Assembly: GCF_006345805.1 (NCBI RefSeq)
Contig: NW_021833872.1
Coordinates: 1 to 52,843, forward strand
Source of the DNA: Octopus sinensis
Taxonomy: Eukaryota
Direction: 5' to 3'
Length of the DNA: 52,843 nucleotides
This document shows, in pieces, positions 26,834-39,261 of this stretch. The notes beneath the pieces were generated by a model that was not told where the DNA came from, ran no database searches, and worked only from the letters and a program-made list of their open reading frames with translations. The number at the start of each line of letters is the position of its first letter. Positions within the stretch are counted from its first letter, which is position 1. The translations under genes and the position numbers were made by a program.

Positions 26834-26845
26834 CTTGACTTTCAT
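26834..26845 (-). CDS. Probable start-codon exon (MKVK) of the same uncharacterised gene, with 5' UTR extending to about 27090
   Basis: ATG AAA GTC AAG|gtaggt is a strong phase-0 donor compatible with the 20760 exon. All three frames upstream contain stops, consistent with a UTR. Confidence 0.45.
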
Positions 26846-27094
26846 TTTGAAATCTTTAGTACTTTCCTCTGATTTTCCCTCTCTTCTTCTAGTTTCTCCT
26901 CGTGCAGTTGTTGTTGTTGTTATTGTTTAAATGTTTGAATTCAGTGGAAATATATGAACCTCATCACCACAACCAGGAGACACAGCCAGATAAGTGAAAA
27001 AATTTACTAGAACTGATCATCGTTTGCTTCTTCCCAGGTCAAAGGAATATTAACGAACTTTCCACTCAGTACTATTCCACAAACGGCCAAAATA

Positions 27095-27330
27095 ACACAC
27101 ACACACGCACTTGACACACACACACACACACACACACACTTGACACACACCACATACCAACACATGCACACACACACTCCCATGCAAATGAGTGTTCATC
27201 TATATGTATCTATCCATATGTATGTGTGTGTGTGTGTATGTATACAAGCGTGTGCGGTATGTGCGTATGTGTATGTATGCATTTATACATGTATGTAGGT
27301 ATATGCATATGTGTGTGTGTGTGTGTGTGC

Positions 27331-27383
<53 letters not shown>

Positions 27384-27388
27384 TATAT

Positions 27389-27477
<89 letters not shown>

Positions 27478-27570
27478 ATATATATATATATATATTTATA
27501 TATGTAATATATATATATATACACATATATATATTTATATATGTAAAAGTGTATGTGTATGTGTGTCCTC
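27095..27570. repeat. (CA)n, (TG)n and (TA)n compound microsatellite
   Basis: Direct reading. It lies immediately upstream of the putative first exon of the orphan gene. Confidence 0.95.
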
Positions 27571-27794
27571 TATGAGGGTATGTCTGAGGATATGCGTATG
27601 AATATTTCTCTATCAAACTATGATAATGGATCATCCCTGAAAAATGGGTGCATCGTCATTATAGGCGTGATATTGAATATGTCTAGTCATTTATCTATCA
27701 ATCTGCCATACCATCCGTCTGTCTGTCTGTCTGTCTGTTTCTCTATCTGTCTCTCTCCCTCAAATGTATGTATGTATGTATGTATGTATGTATG

Positions 27795-27825
<31 letters not shown>

Positions 27826-28423
27826 GTATGTATGTGTGTGCATGCATGTGTGTGTGTGTGGGAGTGTGCGTGTATACACAAAAATTAAATTTTATAAGAT
27901 CTAGTATGACTAAGTTTTACAAGAGTGGCTGTGTGGTAAGTAGCTTGCTAATCAACCACATGGTTCTGGGTTCAGTCCCACTGCATGACACCTTGGGCAA
28001 GTGTCTTCTACTATAGCCTCGGGCCGACCAAAGCCTTGTGAGTGGATTTGGTAGACGGAAACTGAAAGAAGCTTATCGTATATATATGTATGTGTGAGTG
28101 TATATGTTTGTGTGTCTATGTCTGTCCCCCCAACATCGCTTGACAGTCGATGCTGGTGTGTTTACATCCCCGTAACTTAGCAGTTCGGCAAAAGAGACTG
28201 ATAGAATAAGTACTAGGCTTACAAAGAATAAGTCCTGGGGTCGATGTGCTCGACTAAAGGCGGTGCTCCAGCATGGCCACAGTCAGTGATTGTCACATAT
28301 TATTTTACAGATAAATTTCCTATATTTACATAATATTGAGGTCTCTTTCTTTCTTTTGTTATCTTACCGTTTTTACCAATATCTATCTATCTATCTATCT
28401 ATCTATATATATCTATATATATC

Positions 28424-28471
<48 letters not shown>

Positions 28472-28879
28472 TATATATACATATATATCAACAATTGAGG
28501 GTAAAATTAATTAGTTATTAATCAATTTCACCAAGTATTCAGTATGCAAAAGGACCATTTAAGGCGAATTCAAAATATTACATTATATAATATATCTAGA
28601 AACGTTAACGTTCTCAAATAATCTTTGTACTTGTGATATTTTTCTGTTTTTACCTCCATACTTCGTGAGTTATTTTGAGTAAACATTATCTGAGAGAAAT
28701 TTTCTTTAAGTAGTGGAAATGGCAAAAAAACTTTTTTTTGGCTGCTATTTCTAGCAAGTTCAGTATCAGGCAAAGTAATTTATTTTACTAAGCCCTAATT
28801 ATATAATGTTATATACATATATATATATATATAGCATTAATAAATCTCTGAACGAGATATAAACAGTAACCACTCAACA

Positions 28880-29497
28880 ACGTAAGGTGTACTAGCCATC
28901 TGAATGTGGCTAGCCACTGGGGGTGGGGTGTTACTGATGCTTTTAGCCCCAGGCAATCAACGTCACCAGATGGACTTTAGACACAAACTATCAGTGCCCT
29001 TGTGTTATTTGCAAAGGGAGGTCATCCCCCCTCGAAAACCTAAGTGCTACATACGGACTATAGTTTCAAGGTAATTGCCTCTCGTCAACGCATGGTAAAC
29101 ACCGGTTTTCGATGAAGGAGACCCCTTGCAAATAATAATATTTAACGTTTTTCACAGCAACCACTGTCACTGATTTAGAAAAACTGTCTGAAAGCATTCT
29201 AAATCAGTGACAGTGGTTGCTGTGAAAAACGTTAAATATTATTATTTGCAAGGGGTCTCCTTCATCGAAAACTGGTGTTTACCATGCGTTGACGAGAGGC
29301 AATTACCTTGAAACTATAGTCCGTATGTAGCACTTAGGTTTTCGAGGGGGGATGACCTCCCTTTGCAAATAACACAAGGGCACTGATAGTTTGTGTCTAA
29401 AGTCCATCTGGTGACGTTGATCGCCTGGGGCTAAAAGCATCAGTAACACCCCACCCCCAGTGGCTAGCCACATTCAGATGGCTAGTACACCTTACGT
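28880..29497. repeat. Near-perfect inverted repeat with 301-bp arms and a 16-nt spacer
   Basis: 28880-29180 versus 29197-29497; I found only two mismatches. Confidence 0.95.
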
Positions 29498-30771
29498 ATA
29501 TATATATAGTTATAGTTAATACCTAACTGGTATCACCTCTCTTTTTATCATAAGGATCTCTTAGATTCTATTCTACTATTTCCTTTCTCAAGTTCTTTGT
29601 AAAAATTTTGTTTATACTTCTTGCACTGAAGAGTACATTGGTATATAATTAATTTATTTAATTAATTTAATGCAATTCAATTTAATTCAGTCATGAAAAG
29701 TGCATCAGAATCAGTGCAGAGATTCAAGAAGGTTCAGACAAACACATGATTCTTGGTCCCCATGCAACTTGTGTTTTAAAAAAAAAATCCCTTCATCTTC
29801 CATCCATGTCTCCAAGTACATATCATGAACGTACTATCGTCACCTCTCACCACACAAATAAGTAGTTATCCAATTCTTAGTCACAAACAAAGCAGTGTCA
29901 TACTTCAGATGCACAAACAACAAGCCCTTTAAATCTGTGGTTCTCAACCATTCTTTTCCCTATAGACCCCTTTGACTATTATTTCACTCTGGTGCCCCCC
30001 CCCTGCCATAGTCATTCAGCGTTTAAAAACTAGTTTATAGATACTTCTTGGTAAAATACCTATTTTGTTTTTCATTCATTAACTGGTATGAATTGAATCA
30101 TGTTAAACTTTAGGGAAAGAAAGAAAAATTTCTTCACGGTCCCCTAAAATACAACTGTGGAGCCCCAATTTACTATTTTGCTTGCTTGGACTCTGAAAAT
30201 CTGATATGGACCCTTATCATGCACCTGTGAACTCCTTTGATTCTTATTTTATTCAGATGGACCGCCATAGCCATTCAATACTCTTTTCTACACTAGGCAC
30301 AACGCTTAAAATTTTGTGGTGTTGGGGACCAGTCGATTAGATCAATCCCAGTACAAAACTGGTATTTAATTTATCAACCCTGAAAGTATGAAAGCATTTC
30401 ACCTGACGTGCTAACGTTTCTGCCAGCTCGCCACCTTATAGCCATTCAGTATCAAACAATTCTATCATATTTTAATAGTTTGAATATTATTAGGAATGGT
30501 ATTAAAAAATTGTTAAAATATTTTGTGAATTACAGAAGTATAAACCAATTTATTGCTGAGAAATTTTAATATCAAAATCGTATATGGACCCCACATATGG
30601 GCATGTTACCTGATCTAAGTGTGGTGGGATCCTACATACTAAGGATGTAAGGTTTCAATTCTAGGCTTTGCTACATTTTCACACTCATATATACAAATAC
30701 ACAAATGCATATACATTCAAACATACGTATACACATTAAAAATAAACTTGCACATACATCATATATAGAAT

Positions 30772-30810
<39 letters not shown>

Positions 30811-31159
30811 CTAATTTCACTCTGTGAAAGTTTCTAGTTCGAATCACACGTGTCTCGAGAGGTGCCAAAGATTTTTCTATTTTGGATATATTTGGGGTAC
30901 TTAAGTCTGCTCGGGACTTAGTGCTTGCTTTTTCCATGGGTATGAGTAACTATTTCACTTATATCTTGCGTATTTGCCGTTGAAGAGGGGAAAATTTTTT
31001 ATGAATTAACCCCGAAATTGGACCAATACGGTAACAATGAATTTTTTAGAAATTTCTATCGGTTTGTTTCGAGACGCATAAATTATAATGGTTATTGACA
31101 ATTCTTGTCTTTTTTTCGGCATATTTGGCATTAGAATTTTTCTTTTGTCCTTATCTTGT

Positions 31160-31191
<32 letters not shown>

Positions 31192-31668
31192 TATACATTG
31201 CATATATATATATATATATATACACACACATTTAAATGTGCGGTTGAGAACCACACATTTAAACAGACAGGTTTCCTTGGTTGCAGCTCAGCCCAGGGTT
31301 AAAAGAATCTTTGATCAGTATGGACAGAGCATTATTCCTGCCTCTCGTGTAACATTAATCTTTTCTGTTATTAACATAACTATGAACTCCGTTTACTTCT
31401 AGCACTGCACCTTACACTACTGCCAAGAATCTATGTAAAAATGTAACTGTTGCAATAAATTTCTGTAAAAATAAATATTATTTTAATAACATCTATTTTT
31501 GTTTTGGTTCTATTTATGGGACAACATGCGATCTACCATCCTACTAATATATGAAGAGCCATATAAACCAAAGCTACAAATATATGTGTGTATATGTATG
31601 AATTTGTATGCATGTATGAACATATGTACATTGTTGTCTGTCTGCCTATCTGCTTCTATGTTTATATA

Positions 31669-32235
31669 TTAGGTTGTCCGGAAAGTTCGTGCCAGTTTCT
31701 AAAGGAAAGAAAAAGGTCAATAAATACTTGCCATTACATTTTTAATCAACCAAATATGGAACCATTTTGTTGTACAATGCATCTCCATCTTTCCTTAAAC
31801 TTGAAAATACCCTCTTCCCAGAATTGAGGTGGTTTCATGGCAAAGAATTCATCAAGGTATCTTTTTACGTCATCCAAGGAATTAAAATTTTTACCATTAA
31901 GACTATTCTGCAGAGACCTGAATAAGTGGAAATCCGAAGGAGCAATATCTGGTGAATATGGAGGGTCGGGTAACATATCCCAGCCAAGCTGCAGCAATTT
32001 TTGTCTGGTTCCCAAAGCATCAAGTGCCAAAAATGAACTTTTTTATCTTCTATTTTAAAGGGTTACAGAATTAACACAGATTATAGGAACATAAACCTTC
32101 TTCCACGAAAAGATAGCTTAAACTGTGCTCTAAATGGAGGTGTAGTCAAATCCTATTTTATGGACTCAACCATGTTCTAAAATAAGTCGAAAGTTAAGCT
32201 ACTATAAATCAGCACGAACTTTTCGGACAGCCCAA
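31669..32235 (-). mobile_element. Internally deleted mariner (Tc1/mariner) DNA transposon
   Basis: The TIRs ttaggttgtccggaaagttcgtgc / gcacgaacttttcggacagcccaa are flanked by TA on both sides. ORF 31746-32030 encodes a mariner transposase C-terminus (PPYSPDIAPSDFHLFRSLQNSL). Confidence 0.9.
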
Positions 32236-33275
32236 TATATGTAGGCATGTGTATCTTAGCACGTATGTGTGTGTGTGTGTGTGTGTGTGTGTTAGGCATG
32301 TAGCTTTGTGGTTAGGGTACTTGCCTCTTGATCATAAGGTTGTGAGTTCGATTCAAGGTTGTTCATTGTATCATTGAGCAACACACGTTATTTCATGCTG
32401 CTCCATCCAGTCCACTCATCTGGCAAAAATAAGTAGTACCTGTAGTTCAAAAGGGCCAGCCTTGTCACACTCTGTGTCATGCAGAATCTCCCTGCGAACT
32501 ACGTTAAGGGAACACATATCTGTGGAACATTCACCCACTTGCACATTAATTTCATGAGCAAGCTGTTCCATCAATTAGATCAACGAGAACCCTCGTTGTC
32601 ATAACCAATGGAGGTCCAATTTTACTTTAGAAGACTTGGAAAGAACCTTTCTAAACAACCATTCTTGCCTCCTTACAAAGACCCTTTCTCTTCTATCAAA
32701 CATGTTATTTCCCATCCCCTGTATGTGTTTGTGACATGGACCATATTGTTACGGGAGAATACTAAACATCCCCACATGACTGAAGGCTGACTAACCAGGT
32801 GGGGGTAGTTAATGATGTTAGTTCAACCATGTTAATTTTACGTGTGTTGGTTTAACAGTCAATATTTGAACAGTGAATACCGAATATTGTGCCTACATTT
32901 AAGTAGTACAAAGTGTGTTCTGTGTCACCATAGATTTCTGTGAGAGGTTATTTTGAAATAACCACAACCAACTATTTATTTGAGTAAAACCATTTTACAT
33001 TAGATGTGTATGCCAACGTCATAACATATAAATAGCAAACACATGAAATCTTTCGAAGTTTTCAACACCTTTTAAAATCTCAGTCCCCAGAAGAACCTTT
33101 CAGCCACCTTGTTTCATAGGGTTATATACACAGAAATCCCTTCTTGAAGTATTACCTGCTGCAGCATACCCATACAATGCAGGCATCAATGGAAATGGCT
33201 TGGGCATGGTGTGCATATGTGGTCCTTGTCTCACTGTTTATTGTAGCAAGAGTATGACACCCTTTGACAAGAATA

Positions 33276-33672
33276 GGCAGCGAGCTGGCAGAAACGTTAG
33301 CACACCGGGTGAAATGCTTAGCAGTATTTCATCTGTCGTTACGTTCTGAGTTCAATTTCTGCCGAGGTCGACTTTGCCTTTCATTCTTTTGGAGTCGATT
33401 AAATAAGTACCAGTTACACACTGGGGTCGATATAATCAACATTAATCCTTTTGTCTGTCCTTGTTTGTCCCCTCTGTGTGCTTAGCAGTAATTCATCTGT
33501 CGTTACGTTCTGAGTTCAATTTCTGCCGAGGTCGACTTTGCCTCTCATTCTTTTGGAGTCGATTAAATAAGTACCAGTTACGCACTGGGGTCGATATAAT
33601 CAACATCAATCCTTTTGTCTGTCCTTGTTTGTCCCCTCTATGTGTGGCTCCTTGTGGGCAGTAAAGAAATAA
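33276..33672 (+). mobile_element. Meta-type SINE dimer (variant junction)
   Basis: One head and two bodies. Confidence 0.8.
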
Positions 33673-34307
33673 GAAAAGATGGGAGGACCACTACACATAT
33701 ATAGTAACAGTCTGATATAGTCGGCAATTCAGGGTTTCGGTCTTCGAAATCCAGGTACAGGTTACAGTTTGAGAGTGTGCTGAAAATATTGATTGCTGGT
33801 TTGTAACTGCTGCTTTGTTTGTTTGTTTGTTTGTTGAGCAAAGCGGTCTTCATCCCAGAGCAGTGGGAGAAGTCCGAAACGTGGTCCTTTGCTATTCGTA
33901 AGACCCGCAGAAGAGAAAGCAGGTCAACCCCTGACACCGAGAGCATCGACGGATGGATGAATGCGCATCCAGGCTCAGCGGTTGCGTAGGAAGTCGGGGA
34001 CAAGAAACAGGAAGAAAGAGTGAAAGAAAGTTGGGCGAAAGAGTACAACAGGGGTCGCCACCACCCCTGCAGGAGCCTCGTGGAGCTTAAGGTGTTTTCG
34101 CTCAATAAACACACACAACACCCGGTCTGGGAATTGAAACCACTATCCTCCAACCGCGAGTTCGCTGCCCTAGCCATTGGGCCATTGCGCTTCCTACAGC
34201 TGTTTCTATTTTGTATTGTTATAACACTGTTACAGTATATTCTTTATCTATCATCTACAATCATTCTCGATTGCAACCGAAGTGGTTCATTAAGGGCTGG
34301 GTAGAGG

Positions 34308-35302
34308 TGTAACTAGACTGTGCGCCACTTGGGGCGGCCCTTGAATTTGCCAATCCCCCAGATCCACAGGCTTATACTGTGGACCCAAAAGTGTCACCTC
34401 CATAAAAGAGTCGCCCTCATCTCTTGCTATGTGACCAGAGCTGAGATACGCAGTCATTAAAAGAATCACAAAAATAATAAAGATGGACAATATTGGAGGC
34501 GTAAGGATATAACACTGTCTGACCTACATCTTGCTGTAAGCTTCCCTATGACATACCTACAGCATGGTCATTTGCTTGTGTATGTGGCTTAGCTAAAGAA
34601 TGTGCTGCCAGGAGCAGGCCTTGAGTTTGTCACCACTCCCTTGGGCCTCCAAGTCTATACAGGTTTATACAGCAAATCCAAAAGTGCCCCCCACCATGAA
34701 AGTATCACTCAGGGTAAATGACACCCTTGCTCCATCACCAGTTATGCGATTGCTTGTGTTCGCTGTTACCTAAAGGCATGGGGACTTTGATGGGTTGCCC
34801 AGAGACCCCAGGAATGTATGTTGTGGCTTGTTCTCAGTAAATAAATATTATAGGCCCCACTGCATTTCTTTGTCTGGAACCCTATTATACTGATAATAAA
34901 AATGGCCCTGCTTGGTTGGAAACCCAAAGAAACAGTCCAAAGACCTGTGAGGGACCACTTTGAGAAGAAAAGCCTTAAAGAGAAACACAACTCCCTGCTC
35001 ACTTGGTGGTCCCACTGAAGTAGGGGGCTAAGTCAATAATGGAGAAATACAGTCAAGAGAAGCAAGTTAAGTGACATGTACTCAGGGTTACACCTAACCC
35101 CTTGAATCATTCCTGACTGCAACCAAAGGACTGGGTGGTTGTGTAACTAGACTGTGCACCACCTGGGACAACCCTTGAATTTGCCAATCCCCTAGCTTAT
35201 ACAGTGGACCCAAAAGTGTCACCTGCATAAAAGAGTTGCCCTCATCCCCTGCTATGTGATATATAGTCATTAAAAGAATCACAAAAATAATAAAGATGGC
35301 CA
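34308..35302 (+). mobile_element. Candidate TRIM / non-autonomous LTR element
   Basis: The direct repeats 34308-34489 and 35142-35302 both run TGTAAC...aataataaagatgg-CA. TGGAGGC lies 4 nt after the first repeat, and a purine-rich tract precedes the second. Confidence 0.45.
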
Positions 35303-37293
35303 TCAGTGAATTCGATGGAAAAACATAAGCAAGCAATGTGGCAGAGTCATGTGTGCGCGTGTCTTTGTCTGATTCTATATGTGTATGTCTGTGTGTGTAT
35401 ATGTATGTGTAACTGTATGTATCTGAGTATGTATGTGAATGTATGTGCATACAAGTATGTATGTGTACATGTGTATGTATATGTATATATATATATATAC
35501 TTAGGTCACTTTAAATGACACTCCCTATTTTTAGGGTACTTTAACTAAAACCCTTGATTCAATAACACTGTGTATAAACTCTATACTTAGAATTACCAAT
35601 TTTAAATACTATTAGATTTTACTCATAAGGTACTGGAATCTTATATGTATACCTGGAGATATCCTATGACTGCAAAGACCCGGGCTGCTTCCTGCACCAG
35701 TTCCGCATAGCCCCTGCCCATTTAAAGTACCCTGGATTCCAGAACGTCCCGCTGTGCTTGAGGAGACCTGTTGAGTCAAGTTCATGAACATGAACATCGA
35801 AATAAATATCAATGGAAATAGTAGTTGTGATACCTGTGCCGGTGGCACATAAAAAGCACCATCCGAACGTGGCCGTTGCCAGTGCCGCCTTGGCTGGCTT
35901 CCGTGCCGGTGGCTCGTTAAAAGCTCCAACCGATCGTGGCCGATGCTGGACCCCCCTGGCACCTGTGCAGGTGGCACGTAAAAAGCACCCACTACACTCG
36001 CAGAGTGGTTGGCGTTAGGAAGGGCATCCAGCTGTAGAAACTCTGCCAGATCAGGCTGGAGCCTGGTGCAGCCCCTGGCTTCCCAGACCCCGGTCGAACA
36101 GTCCAACCCATGCTAGCATGGAAAATGGACGTTAAACGATGATGATGATGATGATGATGATACCATTCTGCCTAAAAAATGGATCTACAAATGCAATATC
36201 CCTACATATATCACATCTATTTTCTTTTATATCCTCCACCTCACTCTCTATTTTATCTAAATTAACTATTTCTTAACCATCCTCTGGCACCGTTTCTGAT
36301 TAAGGGATATAATAAATATCCTGGAAAAAGCTGTAAGAACTTCTATCTACAAATGTTCTAAAATCTACGCAGCCTTGGTTTTTTAACTCATTACGAAAAA
36401 AATTTTTATGTATATACATATCTACGTATGTGCGTGCATGTATGTATGTGTATATAGGTGAATGTGAGTGTATATTATTGCAAATGTATGTATGTGTGCA
36501 TGTGTGTGTATGTATGTGCAAGTCTGGTAAGTGCGAGCTAAACAGGATGGTCACTGAGGTGTGTATTCTCTCTCTCTCTCTACAGACAAATGTCAGAGTT
36601 ATAAGACAAAATGTCCTGATTCCGTATATGTGTATGTTATATCAGTGACTATATGTGTAACTGTGTATGTACCTGAGTGTGTGAGTGCATGTCCACATGT
36701 ATGTATGCGTATATATGTCTATGTATATGTATATCTACGTACGAGTGCATGAATATATGTATGTGCATATGCATGTATATGTAATATTGCAAATGTGTGC
36801 ATGTGTGTTTGGTAGGTGCAAGCTAAACAGGATGGTCACCAAGTTGTGTATTGCCTCTCTCTCTCTCTCCAGACAAATGTCAGTTATAAACAAAATGTCC
36901 TTTGATCATAAATACAGAAAGACAAATAGAAAAGGGATGATGTAATACACTTACAGTTGACCCAAAGCCAGCTTTTATACATGAATGAATCAAATCCGAC
37001 TGTTGCCCCCATTTAGCCCCAGGTCAGTCCTTGTTCAAGCAAGGTTAAGTTGGGCCATTGGATTACTCCTTACTCTCTTTTTACTCTTTTATTTGTTTCA
37101 GTCATTTGACTGCGGCCATGCTGGGGCACCGCCTTTAGTCGAGCAACTCGACCCCAGGACTTATTCTCTGTAAGCCCAGTATTTATTCTATCGGTCTCTT
37201 TTTGCTGAACCGCTAAGTGACGGGGACGTAAACACACCAGCATCGGTTGTCAAGCAATGCTAGGGGGACAAACACAGACACACAAACATACAT

Positions 37294-37340
<47 letters not shown>

Positions 37341-37894
37341 TACGGCAGGCTTCTTTCAGTTTCCGTCTACCAAATCCACTCACAAGGCTTTGGTCGGCCC
37401 GAGGCTATAGTAGAAGACACTTGCCCAAGGTGCCATGCAGTGGGATTGAACCCGGAACCATGTGGTTGGTAAGCAAGCTACTTACCACACAGCCACATTA
37501 CTTTCAATTCAGTTGTAATAACAGGGGCATGTATGGCTGTGTGGTAAGAAATTTGCTTCCCAACCACATAGTTTCAGGTTCAGTTCCTCTAAGTGTCTTC
37601 TATAACCTTGAGTGCTTTTTACGTGCCACTGCACGGAAGCCAGTATGCTGCTCTGGCCACGATCACGCTCGGATGGTACTCTTAGCGCTCAACTAGCATG
37701 GATGCCAGTCATCGAATTTGATTTCAATTTCTAATCTAAAACACAAGAAATGGGGTCAGTTTGTTCAACTAAACCCTTCAACATGAAGACCCAGCTTGGT
37801 TGTAGTTCAATGAATGAAACAAATAAAAGGGTAAAAATTAGGGATACACAATTTGCTAAAAATAGCAGCAACGTTTCATTCAAATGATACTGTC

Positions 37895-38798
37895 TTAACC
37901 CTTTCGTTACTGTATTTATTTTGAGATGCTCTCTGTTTCTTTCAATTACTTTAAATATAACAAGAATTTAGTATAATAACTTAGTTATCATTCAGCTAGT
38001 GTTAGGAACAGTAGTTGTGACTAAGGTTTGGTGAAGGATTTTAATTCAAAACTTATGGAAACAAGACATTTATTACTACAGAGCCAGAGCCAGTTTCATC
38101 CAGGTTGGTAACGAAAGGGTTAAATATAACAAAGAATTTAGTAAAATAGCTTAGTTATCATTAAGCATGTGTTAGGAACATAAATTGTGACTAAGGTATG
38201 GTGGAAGATTTTAATTCAAAACTTATGGAAACAAGACATTTGTACTATAGAGTCAGAGCTGGTTTCAGCAGGGTTGGTATCAAAAGGGTTAAATATAACA
38301 ATGAATTTAGTAAAATAACTTGGTTATCATTCAGCTGGTGTTAGGAACATAAATTGTGACTAAGGTTTAATGGAAGATTTTAATTCAAAACTTATGAAAA
38401 CAAGACATTTGTAGTCGGAGCGAGAGCCGGTTTCAGCCAGGTTGGTATCAAAAGGGTTAAATATAACAAAGAATTTAGTAAAATAGCTTAGTTATCATTA
38501 AGCTAGTGTTAGGAACATAAATTGTGGCTAAGGTTTGGTGAAAGATTTTAATTCAAAACTTATGGAAACAAGACATTTATTACTACAGAGCCAGAGCTGG
38601 TTTCATCCAGGTCGGTAACGAAAGGGTTAAATATAACAAAGAATTTAGTAAAATAACTTAGTTATCATTCAGCTAGTGTCAGGAACATAAATTGTGACTA
38701 AGGTTTAGTGGAAGATTTTAATTCAAAACTAATGAAAACAAGACATTTGTACTCAGAGCCAGAGCCGGTTTCAGCTGGGTTGGTAACGAAAGGGTTGA
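37895..38798. repeat. piggyBac-type MITE whose right portion is tandemly amplified five times (~169-bp unit)
   Basis: The left end is TTAA-ccctttcgttac. Each unit ends gt(a)acgaaaggg-TTAA or a close variant (at 38123, 38292, 38460, 38630 and 38798, the last as ttga). Confidence 0.75.
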
Positions 38799-39215
38799 AA
38801 TAAAAACAACACAGTTATACTGGACAGTGTATTTCTAGACAAGCAAATGGGTTTGTCATGGCTAAAATGTTTTGGATCATAGGGATTATCCAAGGGTTAA
38901 ACAACAATTTACAAAACTGAAGAAATAACAACAACAAATTCAGTTAGTGAAATCATTTAATTAAAATAATAAAAATATATTTTCTCTTTATAATTCATTT
39001 TCTGATTTTATTTCAAAGAATATATTTTTTATATTACATTTATATATTTGTTTTGCAAGATTCTTGATGTGAAATCGTGTGTTGAAACAAATATTGTTGT
39101 ATTTAGGGATGGTCATGTTGCCAGTTTAGCCAATAAAAACACACGCACTATATATTTGGTGTTAATTTGCTTCATCTTTATTTATTTTTTTTTACATTAA
39201 TCCTAATCTTATTTC

Positions 39216-39261
39216 TGGCCACTGATGAGGTCACAGAAGCGTGACGAAAGAACTCTGGCCG
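39216..39261 (+). ncRNA. Minimal type I hammerhead ribozyme motif
   Basis: Stem I is tggcca/tggccg. The core is CTGATGA (39222-39228). Stem II is gtcac-agaagc-gtgac, with one extra G. GAAA lies at 39246-39249, stem III is 2 bp (AG/CT), and the cleavage triplet CUC ends at 39255. Confidence 0.65.

Noticed and set aside
27192-27601. Long YIYI/CVCV/MYVC-type ORFs here and at 802, 4585-5126, 47924-48397 and 51992-52590
   Set aside because: They are translations of microsatellites, open in several frames on both strands, with no splice or codon evidence.
30818-30937. MEKASTKSRADLSTPNISK... as a first exon
   Set aside because: It has only a weak donor (gtgaaa), no matching downstream exon and no recognisable homology.
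37895-38798. CRISPR-like array
   Set aside because: The context is eukaryotic, the units are contiguous ~169-bp copies without unique spacers, and no cas genes are present.
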